A DNA stretch of 64,000 bases from positions 29,197-93,196 of the forward strand of contig CALWPB010000001.1 of NCBI GenBank assembly GCA_944383315.1, in the 5' to 3' direction. Positions 47,442 through 56,425 of this stretch are shown here, piece by piece. Origin of the DNA: an uncultured Clostridia bacterium. Lineage in GTDB: Bacteria > Bacillota > Clostridia > Christensenellales > UBA1242. Every line of letters starts with the position of its first letter. The first letter of the stretch is position 1. The position numbers were made by a program, and so were the translations under genes. The notes under the pieces are model-generated. The model made no database searches. It saw nothing but the letters and a program-made list of their open reading frames with translations, and was not told where the DNA came from.

Positions 47442-48577
47442 TTATCTATATATATTGCAAAGCCTTTTGTGGCATCATTTATAAACACGTGTGTTACAGC
47501 CCCAATTAACTTTCCGTCTTGTACAATAGGGCTACCACTCATACCTTGAACGATACCGCCAGTTGTTGCTATCAAATTGTTATCAGTTACTTTAAATACC
47601 ATATTTTTTGGGCTCTGCGCACTTTGATAATTAGTCTTAATAATTTCTATATCATATGCTCGAATATGCTTGCCGTCAATGCTACTGTAAATTTGAGCCT
47701 TACCTGGATGAGCAGTCATTCTGCCACCAACTTCTATTAATTGTTTGTCTTTAAGTATGTTGCTTTCTAAATTCATATTACCAAACATTCCACTTTCACA
47801 ATTCTTGTCTACGGTTCCCAAATCGGTTTTTGAACGGACAAAAACTCCGCGTAACTCACCCGGTGTGCCGCGAACCGCTTTTTTTACCCCAAGTACAGAA
47901 CATTCGTGTAATTTGCCTTCTCCTACATCAAGTAGCGCACGGGTGTTTTGTTCCAAAATCGGATGCCCCAAAGCCCCAAAACGTCCAGTTTCAGGCTCAA
48001 CAAAAGTCAAAGTTCCTATACCGCTCATACTTTCCTTTGCCCAAACACCTAGTTTATATTTGTGTGTAAGCACATCATAAGCAGGTTTTACCTTTGTTTC
48101 AATATTTTTACCATTTCTTACCAGTTTTACTGTTATAAATTTATCCGCATTTTCGTTGACTGTTTCGGTAAGTTTGGAAATACTATCTATTTCAGTTCCG
48201 TTTATGTATTTAATAATGTCGCCAGCCTCAATTTCGCTAGTATTCGCATTTTCATTCTTGGCTACTACAAGTATCCCATCACCTTGATAAGAAAAACCTA
48301 ACGTATTACCACCTAAATAAACCTTTTTCCCTGTTTCTGCACTTACGGAATGTATTTTTAATGCATTAAAAAGCAAAAAGTCCACTTCTTGCGTGCTTTC
48401 ATTATATTTTGTCGTTACCAAATCACCAAAATTATTGTAATTTTCGTCTTGATTAACATAAACTTCTTCATCAAAACTCATAATATCGCGAAAAGGTACA
48501 GTCCAGCATAATACAGCAAATGATACACACAAAAATAAAGACATAAAGAAAAAAATTTTATCTATTCGCATTTTCAT
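47426..48577 (-). CDS. spoIVB: SpoIVB signalling serine peptidase (S55)
   Basis: N-terminal TM and PDZ domain. S55 motifs GIGTLTFVEP..GRFGALGHPI and GMSGSPIVQDGKLIGAVTHVF. Confidence 0.93.
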   Translation of the reverse strand: MKMRIDKIFFFMSLFLCVSFAVLCWTVPFRDIMSFDEEVYVNQDENYNNFGDLVTTKYNESTQEVDFLLFNALKIHSVSAETGKKVYLGGNTLGFSYQGDGILVVAKNENANTSEIEAGDIIKYINGTEIDSISKLTETVNENADKFITVKLVRNGKNIETKVKPAYDVLTHKYKLGVWAKESMSGIGTLTFVEPETGRFGALGHPILEQNTRALLDVGEGKLHECSVLGVKKAVRGTPGELRGVFVRSKTDLGTVDKNCESGMFGNMNLESNILKDKQLIEVGGRMTAHPGKAQIYSSIDGKHIRAYDIEIIKTNYQSAQSPKNMVFKVTDNNLIATTGGIVQGMSGSPIVQDGKLIGAVTHVFINDATKGFAIYIDNMLNQ

Positions 48578-48641
48578 CTCCTGTAAGACTAGTGTGCGAA
48601 TTGATAAAATTTTTATGCCAAAATTTAGGCGGTAAAAATTG

Positions 48642-50327
48642 TTATTTCAAGCTACAGAGATATTTTAAAGCATTATTTTTGAGTTCTTGAGCGTGTGCAA
48701 GACCCAATTTTGAATTATTATCACCACCAGCAAGACGCGCAATTTCGCCGAGTTGCCCATCTGTATCTAATTTGACAAGAGTACTATTCGTTTTACCCGA
48801 ATTTATTTGTTTTGTAATTCTAAAATGTGTGTCCGCAAAACTTGCAATAGTGGCTAAATGCGTAACTGTGATAATTTGCGCATAGCGTGCTAGCATTGCC
48901 ATTTTTTGCCCAACAGCAAGACTAACTACCCCGCTGATACCGTTGTCAATTTCGTCAAATATCATAGTATCCACTGACTTTACACCGCCCATAACGATTT
49001 TGAAAGCCAGCATAAAACGCGACATTTCACCGCCAGAAATAACTTTTACTAACGGCTTTACGGGTTCACCTACATTTGCAGAAAACATAAACTCAACCGC
49101 GTCAGCACCATTTGCTTGCGGAGTAATAGTAGTAAATGCTACTTCAAATGTCGAATTCTTCATACCAAGTTCAGCAAGTTGCTCTAAAATAGCAGCGCTC
49201 AATTTTTTCGCGCCGTCTTGCCTAAATTCCGTAATTTTTGCGCATATTTCTGTAATTGCGCTTTCAATTTGACGCAAAGAAACAGAATACTCATCTAATA
49301 AATGTTCGGTATCCGCTAATTCATTAAGCCTGTTTCGACTCTGCTCTAAATATGCCAGCATTTCGCTAATATCCGAGCCGTATTTCCTTTTAAACGACTT
49401 GATAAGGTCAAGACGTGAGTCAACCGCATTGAAATCATACTCGTTAAACTCACATTCATCTAGTTTTTGCTCTAATGTGTCCGATATATCCGCCGCTTCA
49501 ATTTGCAAACTGTCTATACGTTCTGCAACCGCTCCAAAATCGCTGTCAAAATCTTCAATACCATTTATTAGCCTTTTTGATGTATATGCATTATCACAAA
49601 TACTATTTGGCATTTCACTAAACAACTCACGTACAGCGCGCAAAGTTTCAGCAATTTTTTGTGCATTTTCCATTTTCGCCTTTTTGGTCGCTAGTTCCTC
49701 TTCTTCGCCTTCTCGCAAGTCCGCTTTTTCTAATTCAGCAACTTGATATTCTAACATTTCGCGCTCACGTTCGCGTGAAAACTCATCACCGCCCAACCCT
49801 TTAATTTTATTGAGAATATCACGTTTTTGAGCGAGAAGTTCATTGAGTTTACTCTTCGCATTTTCAATAGTATTTCCTAAAAATTTATCTAAAAATTCAA
49901 TATGTGTCGCATTATTTAGCAGCGCTTGATGTTCGTGTTGCCCATAAATATCTACTAAATGCCCAGTAAGTTTACGCAACATTGATAATGTAACAGTACA
50001 ACCATTTACTTTGATATCCCCGCGCCCATCACTTGAAATTTTGCGCGTAATAATCAAAGTGTCGTCAGGCTCCAGCCCAAGCGCCTGCATTTCATCAAAA
50101 ACGGCAGTATTATCCTTAATATCAAAAACTATTTCAATTCGCGCCGTATCACACCCCGTGCGCACACTTGCCTTGTCCGCTCTACCGCCGAGCGCAAGAT
50201 TAATAGCCGAAATTAATACAGACTTACCCGCACCAGTTTCACCTGTAATTACATTCAATCCACTACCAAAATCAACTTTCATATTTTCAATTAATGCAAA
50301 ATCACTAATTGCAATACTTTTAATCAT
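48642..50327 (-). CDS. recN: DNA repair protein RecN
   Basis: SMC-like protein: Walker A GETGAGKS, coiled-coil middle, C-terminal GGEMSR signature and FDEIDNGISG. Confidence 0.95.
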   Translation of the reverse strand: MIKSIAISDFALIENMKVDFGSGLNVITGETGAGKSVLISAINLALGGRADKASVRTGCDTARIEIVFDIKDNTAVFDEMQALGLEPDDTLIITRKISSDGRGDIKVNGCTVTLSMLRKLTGHLVDIYGQHEHQALLNNATHIEFLDKFLGNTIENAKSKLNELLAQKRDILNKIKGLGGDEFSREREREMLEYQVAELEKADLREGEEEELATKKAKMENAQKIAETLRAVRELFSEMPNSICDNAYTSKRLINGIEDFDSDFGAVAERIDSLQIEAADISDTLEQKLDECEFNEYDFNAVDSRLDLIKSFKRKYGSDISEMLAYLEQSRNRLNELADTEHLLDEYSVSLRQIESAITEICAKITEFRQDGAKKLSAAILEQLAELGMKNSTFEVAFTTITPQANGADAVEFMFSANVGEPVKPLVKVISGGEMSRFMLAFKIVMGGVKSVDTMIFDEIDNGISGVVSLAVGQKMAMLARYAQIITVTHLATIASFADTHFRITKQINSGKTNSTLVKLDTDGQLGEIARLAGGDNNSKLGLAHAQELKNNALKYLCSLK

Positions 50328-50413
50328 ATAGCACCCCGCTCAAATGTTCTAATTAATTATAGAACAAACGAACAGAAAAAGCAAACATTTTTAACCATTT
50401 TTTGTAAAATTTT

Positions 50414-50427
50414 CGAAAAAATGTTCG
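50414..50427. promoter_or_regulatory. Candidate LexA (SOS) box upstream of recN
   Basis: CGAAAAAATGTTCG matches CGAAC-N4-GTTCG with one core mismatch. A half-site relative, agaacaaacgaac, lies at 50361-50373. Confidence 0.5.
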
Positions 50428-50538
50428 CATACAAAAAATACAGGCGTGGTTTACCTGTATTTTAACAATGATAAGTCCAAATATTTTAAGCAACTTGTTG
50501 CTTACGAGCAAATTTACCTAGCATAATGTAAATTTGAT

Positions 50539-52814
50539 TTAAACTAAATCATCATAATTGTTGTCAACATCATCATTAGTTGCCTCATCTGATTCAATTT
50601 CACGGAATACCGCTTTAATTATCTTGCCGTTTACTTGCTCTTTGGTAAGATTAATACTCAAAGCAGTGCCGAATGTTTCGGTTTCGTCATTAGCATTTAC
50701 CCAACCTACAAACTCATAGCCAGTATATGCCACAGCAATAAAAGTTACAGTGTCAGTGTCCGCACCGTTGGCTATATCGTTACCAACCATACGCACTTCA
50801 CCGCCCGTACTTGCTGTTGCTACTGTACCCACTATACCTACTCCACCACTTGTTGGCGGTACTTGATATACAGGTTTTACGGTTGAAAGATTAAAGTTTA
50901 TATCAATGCTATCGTATACGTCTTCTAATTCAATGACAAAAACATTTGACGTGTCTTTTGCTGTGTAGCGAACTTGTAGAGCACCACCCGCGCCAAAGAT
51001 TTCCGCACGGTAGTATGTTGGGAATATCTCTGCACCGTCTATGGTGATTGAATGTACATACTGACTTGTAGCAGGGCGCATAATTACCAACTGCACACCT
51101 GATTCATTTTTGTACATTTCGATTGTCCCGCTACCACCCGAATAATCGGCTGTAATACTAGCGGTTGTCCCCACATAATGCCCGATTGTAACATTGTGTT
51201 GACCGTGTGGCAAATTCGTGAGTTCGATTACAACATTATTTTCATAAATATTGTGCGCGTAGTCTAATGCTCCGCTTGGAATCATTACTCTACCGCTACT
51301 ATTATTCCCGAACAACCTTACCGTTACCCCGTCTATGGTAAACTGAATATTTTGATTTTGTGAGAATGTCGCCACAATTTCGGCGGTTGTATCAAAATAT
51401 GTGTCGGGAGTGATACAATTATCTTGAATTACAAGGGTTGAATTGTTTGAAGAAAGATTAAATAACGATGTTGCGTTTCCTACTATTGTGCTATTTTGCG
51501 TCAAATTCGTAAGTATTACAATAACTTGATTATTGTTGCGATAACACTTGTATTGAGCGCCCGAAACGGTCGAGAAACTGCCTGGGGCAGTTTCCGCAAT
51601 AGTTACAGAACTCCCATTTATTGTTATTGAATTTATGTAATATTTGTTGTTTGCGGTGTACGTAAATGCGTGTTGCGCACCAGAATTTTTGACGTAAAAA
51701 GCGGAGTTAGTGTCTAATTGCGCCCTATCGGTCGCGGCGCTCGCCAAGCTCGCGGAGATAGTATAGCCCGCTTCGCTGGCTAACTGATTTAAAGAGAGAT
51801 GAGCGGCAGGACGGACGCCGCCCGCGCACGAAAACCCGAGAAGAAAAAAAAACGCGCCCGAGGAGAACCCCCGAGCAGACCAGCCGACTACAAAGAGCCG
51901 GAGCGCAGCCAGCAATATTGACTTGTACTTTTACCATCTAATGCAGTACTACTTGTATCCTTCCTATCATTAGCGGATGTTATCCCCCATAATCCACGGT
52001 CGTTATATGCTCCCGTCTGGTCTGGGGTATTAAATATTTCTACATGACTCGGTAACCAAAACTTATCACTATAAACACTACTGTCCCAACTCCAACCATT
52101 TGGATTTGCGTTTGCTTTACCACTGCCGCTATTAGCGTTTGTTCGCATGCCGTTTGTTATAGACCAATAACTTGTACTGCTATAATAAGCATTTTGTTGT
52201 GTGGCTTGCCAAGTGGCGCCCGCTTCACTAGGAGATTTTATTATAGCATTTAAGGTAGTAAACTTACCTGCTAATTTGCTATAAATATTCTTTGTAACTT
52301 CACGTATTAAAGAATTTGAATAGTTACCTGTTTTAGAGTAATTATTTGAACTTGTTTTCCAGCCACTATTTGAACTTGTTCCGTTATTAAAGTATTCACT
52401 TGTGTAACTATTAGCCATCCAAATTGTTAAATAGCCATTACGTAAATATGTAGCCTGCCAAATGATTGGCTTACTTGCATTTATAGTACCATTTGGATCC
52501 ACATAATATCCCATTTGGAATACAAATGAGCCGCTGTTTCCTGTACGACTTGCAATTTGTGAAGATGTCAATGTAGTTGAACTTGTAATGCTAGTATATT
52601 GCAACTTTGTTAAAAATTTACTAACATTTTCCGCATTTAAAGAGCCGTCTGTATTAAATAAATTACCTATAGTAGCATCGGCTGATTGTGTAGTTGCATT
52701 TGCGTTGTTTAAGTGGTATACAATCAAGTATGCCCCCGTGCCGACAAGCGCGCCAAACATAAACACTACCGCTACTATAATACTTACTAGCCTTGCTTTT
52801 GCGCTTAACTGCAT
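50539..52814 (-). pseudogene. Cell-surface protein gene split by a -1 frame change (true frameshift, assembly error or hypervariable site): TM anchor + DUF6273-like/lectin-like domain + beta-rich region + Listeria-Bacteroides-type repeat
   Basis: ORF 51888..52814 has an N-terminal TM and ends YCWLRSGS-stop. ORF 50539..51915 has only a TTG with no SD and begins in the -1 frame with ...GGVRPAAHLSL, which completes the WLRS...GVRPA domain end. C-terminal GYEFVGW repeat motif. Confidence 0.6.
51801..51915 (-). other. Adenine-free (coding strand), about 64% GC patch with an internal T9 homopolymer
   Basis: Hand count on the + strand: 1 T (51889), about 40 A and about 74 G+C in 115 nt. A9 run at 51844-51852. 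The GC-rich island extends down to about 51716. Confidence 0.9.
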
Positions 52815-53025
52815 AACACCACCCCCTTCGCTATTTTAGAGCGGGTATTCTGTTGTTTCTCTCTTTCTTCTCTCCGCCCACTAGATAGACTCCTAGTCCT
52901 TATATAAGGCATTTGTTTTCTTCTCCTTTTATTTAGTATATAGTTATTTTAGCATTTTTTATGTAAATTAGTAAAATAAATTTGCACATTTTTACATTTT
53001 TTCCAAAAAATATTAAATAGAAAAC

Positions 53026-53050
53026 AAAAAAGAGTGAATAAATCACTCTT
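53026..53050 (-). terminator. Rho-independent terminator after serS
   Basis: Stem agagtga/tcactct with a 5-nt loop and a T-run on the minus strand. Confidence 0.7.
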
Positions 53051-53073
53051 TTATAATCTTCTATATATAAATA

Positions 53074-54363
53074 TTACTTCTTAGGTTCGATGCGCTCCAT
53101 ACCGTTCATAAATGGGCGGAGCACTTCGGGTATTGTAACACTACCGTCTGCGTTTTGGAACTGCTCAACAATAGCGGGAATAATACGCGGTGTTGCAAGT
53201 CCACTACCGTTTAACATATGGATAAACTCGTTTTTACCGTCTTTTGTACGGTAACGGGTATTACTGCGACGTGGTTGATAACTGCGTCCATTACTTACAC
53301 TACTTACTTCCTTATATATATTCATACTAGGTATCCAAACTTCAATATCATAAGTTCTGCACATAGTAGCGCTGATATCACCTGCAGCGAGTTTAGAGAT
53401 TTGGAAGTGTAGCCCCAATTTCTCAACAAGTGTACGTGCCTTGTTTACCAATTCTTCAAACATAGCATCGCTTTGTTCGGGAGTGGTATAACCTATCATT
53501 TCCACTTTATTAAACTGGTGTCCGCGAATCATACCGCGTTCTTCGGCTCTGTAACTGCCTGCTTCTTGTCTAAAACAAGGTGAGTATGCGAACATACGGA
53601 AAGGCAGACTTTCTTCGGGAATAATCTCACCTGCATACAAATTAACCATAGCACTTTCGGCAGTTGGCAACAAGAATTGTTTTGCGCCGTCTTCACTGCC
53701 CGCTTTGTCTACATAATAGACTTCATCAGCAAATTTGGGGAACTGTCCGCTACCAAAACCGCATTTTTCATTGAGCATTTGAGTAGGAAGCACGAATTCA
53801 TAACCGTCTTTTAGGTGTTCGCTAATGAAGAAATTGAGCAAAGCCCATTCAAGTTGAGCACCGACTCCCCTATATATCCAGAAACCGTTACCACTTAATT
53901 TTGCTGCGCGTTCGTAGTCTATAAGCCCAAGGCTTGTGCACAAATCAACGTGGTTTTTAGGTTCAAAATCAAACTTAGGTTTTTCACCAAATGTATAAAT
54001 AGGTTGATTATTCTCTTTGCCACCCGCTACGATATCATCATCAGGCATATTTGGTAGCCCGTATTGAATATCCTGCCATTCGGTAGTCAAAGTATCGAGA
54101 AGTTGCTCTGCTTCCTTAATTTCATCACCCAAAATACGTGTTGAGTTGATAATTTCGTCAACTGGCTTCCCTTCTTTCTTTAACTGTGGCACAAGGGCTG
54201 AAGCCTTGTTGCGCTCTGCCTTTTTGTTCTCAATTTCGTTTAACAATTTACGGCGCTTTTCGTCTAATTCAAGAAAATACGCACTATCAAAGTCAAAACC
54301 ACGTTTTGCGAGCGCTTGCTCGACCTTTTTGGGTTCGTTTCTTATTAAATTAATATCAATCAT
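53074..54363 (-). CDS. serS: Serine--tRNA ligase
   Basis: N-terminal coiled-coil arm (MIDINLIRN...). Class II motifs (FRQEAGS, RGHQFNKVE, GSGLATPR). Confidence 0.95.
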   Translation of the reverse strand: MIDINLIRNEPKKVEQALAKRGFDFDSAYFLELDEKRRKLLNEIENKKAERNKASALVPQLKKEGKPVDEIINSTRILGDEIKEAEQLLDTLTTEWQDIQYGLPNMPDDDIVAGGKENNQPIYTFGEKPKFDFEPKNHVDLCTSLGLIDYERAAKLSGNGFWIYRGVGAQLEWALLNFFISEHLKDGYEFVLPTQMLNEKCGFGSGQFPKFADEVYYVDKAGSEDGAKQFLLPTAESAMVNLYAGEIIPEESLPFRMFAYSPCFRQEAGSYRAEERGMIRGHQFNKVEMIGYTTPEQSDAMFEELVNKARTLVEKLGLHFQISKLAAGDISATMCRTYDIEVWIPSMNIYKEVSSVSNGRSYQPRRSNTRYRTKDGKNEFIHMLNGSGLATPRIIPAIVEQFQNADGSVTIPEVLRPFMNGMERIEPKK

Positions 54364-54375
54364 AGGATTTTCCTT

Positions 54376-55932
54376 TTAAAAATCTAACAAATTAATTATA
54401 TCCTGTTTGTTTACAGCAGCCAAGAATAGATACAATCTAGGGCCTTTGCTCTTGCCAAGTAACAAGTTATATACAACTTCAAAAAATCTTTTTTGTCTTG
54501 CCTTGTCTTGCTCGCCGTTTAATTTTGGAATTTCGTAAAGTAATGCTTGCATTTCTTCAATTGTGTAATCTTTCGCTTTAATGCTGTCTTTTAATGTGCA
54601 TATCCAGCCTTTTTCTTCGTCATTCAAGGTAGCATAATATTCTGTATTTTTGCTTTCCAATAGATTTGAAATTGATTCTGGCGAATAATTTTTTAGCCAA
54701 TAACTAATTTTATTAAATCTCTCTTCAATTTGTTCACGTGTGCAAGTATCGCCAATTTTGTTGAGTAACGCAACCAGCATATCAAGGTCAAAGTTGACAA
54801 TAGGCGCAAATGCTGCGATATTTTGGGCACTTACAGGGCAGTTGACAAAGTTAGGTCTGCAAGAAAGTGCCATTTCCATAATGCGATTTACTACTTCGTC
54901 CCCTTCGCCTGCTTTGTACTGTGCGTACATTCTATCAAATTCGTGATAAACACGCAAAACTTCTTCATCTAGGGAAATATCGAACTGTTTTTCAGGCAAG
55001 AAACGAGTATACAGCCACAAAACGATTTCAGGGCTATATACTTTGAGCATTTTCTGGGGAGTCATAACATTACCCTTACTACTACTCATCTTGCCGCTAG
55101 TACCCTTGATACCAACGAATTCGTAACCGCGATATACAGGAGCGCGCCCGCCATAGATTGCTGACACCATTTTAGTAGCAACTTGCGCGCTACCGCCTTC
55201 TGTACTGTGGTCCTTACCACCTGGTTCAAAGTTTACACCCTCAAAGGTCCAACGCATAGGCCAATCAACTTTCCACATTAATTTTGCGTTGTGTTGAGTG
55301 CGCAAGTCGATTGAACCTTTGTGTCCGCACTTACATTCATAATCAAGAACTGCCCCGTTTTCGTGGTCGGCTGTAATGTGTGTTGTGTCCTTTCCGCAGT
55401 GGTCGCAATAGATTTGTACAGGATAGAAAGCATCTCTGTCTGCATCGTTTGCTTCCTGCGTCTTAAAACTCATAAGCACGTCATAAACTTGTTTGCGTTT
55501 TTCTACTGCTTCAATCATTTTATCCGCATACAAACCACTTGTATAGCGGTCTGCTTGAAATAAGTGTTCGACTTCGACACCGAGTTCTGCCAATGCGTCA
55601 ATAAATGGTTGCTGGAAATGTTTTGCCCAAGTACCGTGGCACCCAAATGGGTCTGGGATTTTGTCTAATGGCATACCAACATATTTATTTAAATCTTGGT
55701 CCAAATCTGCTGGGACTTTACGCAGTCTATCATAATTGTCCCAACTAAATATAAAGCGGACTTTTTTGCCTCTATCGCGGAGTGCTTTTACTACAAACCA
55801 AGTAGTAACCACCTCGCGTAAATTACCCATATGCACTTCACCACTTGGGCTAATACCGCTCGCGCAAGTATAAACTGTGGCACCGGGATAGGTATTAATT
55901 ACCTGTTCTGCAATTTCATCTGCCCAATACAT
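54376..55932 (-). CDS. lysK: Class I lysine--tRNA ligase
   Basis: YWADEIAEQV start, GISPSGEVHMGNLREV (HIGH-like), RFIFSWDNYDR, Cys-cluster insertion CDHCGKD...CKCGH, FEPGGKDH, KMSSSKG (KMSKS). Confidence 0.92.
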   Translation of the reverse strand: MYWADEIAEQVINTYPGATVYTCASGISPSGEVHMGNLREVVTTWFVVKALRDRGKKVRFIFSWDNYDRLRKVPADLDQDLNKYVGMPLDKIPDPFGCHGTWAKHFQQPFIDALAELGVEVEHLFQADRYTSGLYADKMIEAVEKRKQVYDVLMSFKTQEANDADRDAFYPVQIYCDHCGKDTTHITADHENGAVLDYECKCGHKGSIDLRTQHNAKLMWKVDWPMRWTFEGVNFEPGGKDHSTEGGSAQVATKMVSAIYGGRAPVYRGYEFVGIKGTSGKMSSSKGNVMTPQKMLKVYSPEIVLWLYTRFLPEKQFDISLDEEVLRVYHEFDRMYAQYKAGEGDEVVNRIMEMALSCRPNFVNCPVSAQNIAAFAPIVNFDLDMLVALLNKIGDTCTREQIEERFNKISYWLKNYSPESISNLLESKNTEYYATLNDEEKGWICTLKDSIKAKDYTIEEMQALLYEIPKLNGEQDKARQKRFFEVVYNLLLGKSKGPRLYLFLAAVNKQDIINLLDF

Positions 55933-56057
55933 TTTTTCTTTTCTCCTAAAATAAAATTTGCCTTACGGCATTGTTAGATAATATTTTACCTTAAATATTA
56001 GATAAAGTCAAGGCAAAATTAGCCAAAAACCCCAATGTATACCTATGTTGATAATTG

Positions 56058-56078
56058 TGTGGATAATTATGTGGATAT
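56058..56078 (+). promoter_or_regulatory. Two tandem DnaA boxes upstream of the small-membrane-protein/dnaB operon
   Basis: TGTGGATAA (56058-56066) is a perfect complement of TTATCCACA. TGTGGATAT (56070-56078) has one mismatch. Same orientation, 12-bp register. Confidence 0.65.
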
Positions 56079-56158
56079 AATTTAACAGAAAACTCTTAAC
56101 TTTTTTTGATTTTTATGTTATATTGAATTAATAACTTTTGAAAATCGGGGGTAAAAAT

Positions 56159-56422
56159 ATGGCAATGAATAGAAAAGAGTACACATCATTAGTCAAGATA
56201 TATATGCTCTCATTCCTTTGCGCGCTGCCGCTTGTAATTGGGCTAGATATACTGATTAATGCTTATGTATCTTTGGCAGTGCTAATAGTGATTGATGTGA
56301 TAATTTTTGTAATCTCGGGAGTTATTGGATATTTTATCGTTGAAGCACGCAAGAAAAACATTGCAAAAAAACGTGAAGAGTTTTTGGCGAACAAGAAGGA
56401 AGGCCAAGACAATCAGGAGTAA
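56159..56422 (+). CDS. Small two-TM membrane protein (hypothetical)
   Basis: ATG after GGGGG. Two hydrophobic helices and a basic C-terminus. It ends 3 nt before dnaB. Confidence 0.5.
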   Translation: MAMNRKEYTSLVKIYMLSFLCALPLVIGLDILINAYVSLAVLIVIDVIIFVISGVIGYFIVEARKKNIAKKREEFLANKKEGQDNQE

Positions 56423-56425
56423 TTT

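Noticed and set aside
51799-51921. A + strand 40-codon ORF (MSGRTDAARARKPEKKKKRARGEPPSRPADYKEPERSQQY), antisense to the surface-protein gene.
   Set aside because: It lies wholly inside the T-poor GC-rich patch, where stop codons are rare in every frame. It has no properly spaced SD, so it is most likely a compositional by-product.
51888-51933. Programmed -1 ribosomal frameshift joining the two surface-protein ORFs.
   Set aside because: The 45-nt overlap window has no X XXY YYZ slippery heptamer and no obvious downstream pseudoknot. A mutation, assembly error or hypervariability is more parsimonious.
51725-51937. The 70-aa minus-strand ORF listed in the track.
   Set aside because: This is the third frame across the same GC-rich patch, with an Arg/Cys/Ser-rich nonsense-like sequence. 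It is explained by the lack of A (hence no TAA, TAG or TGA) on that strand.
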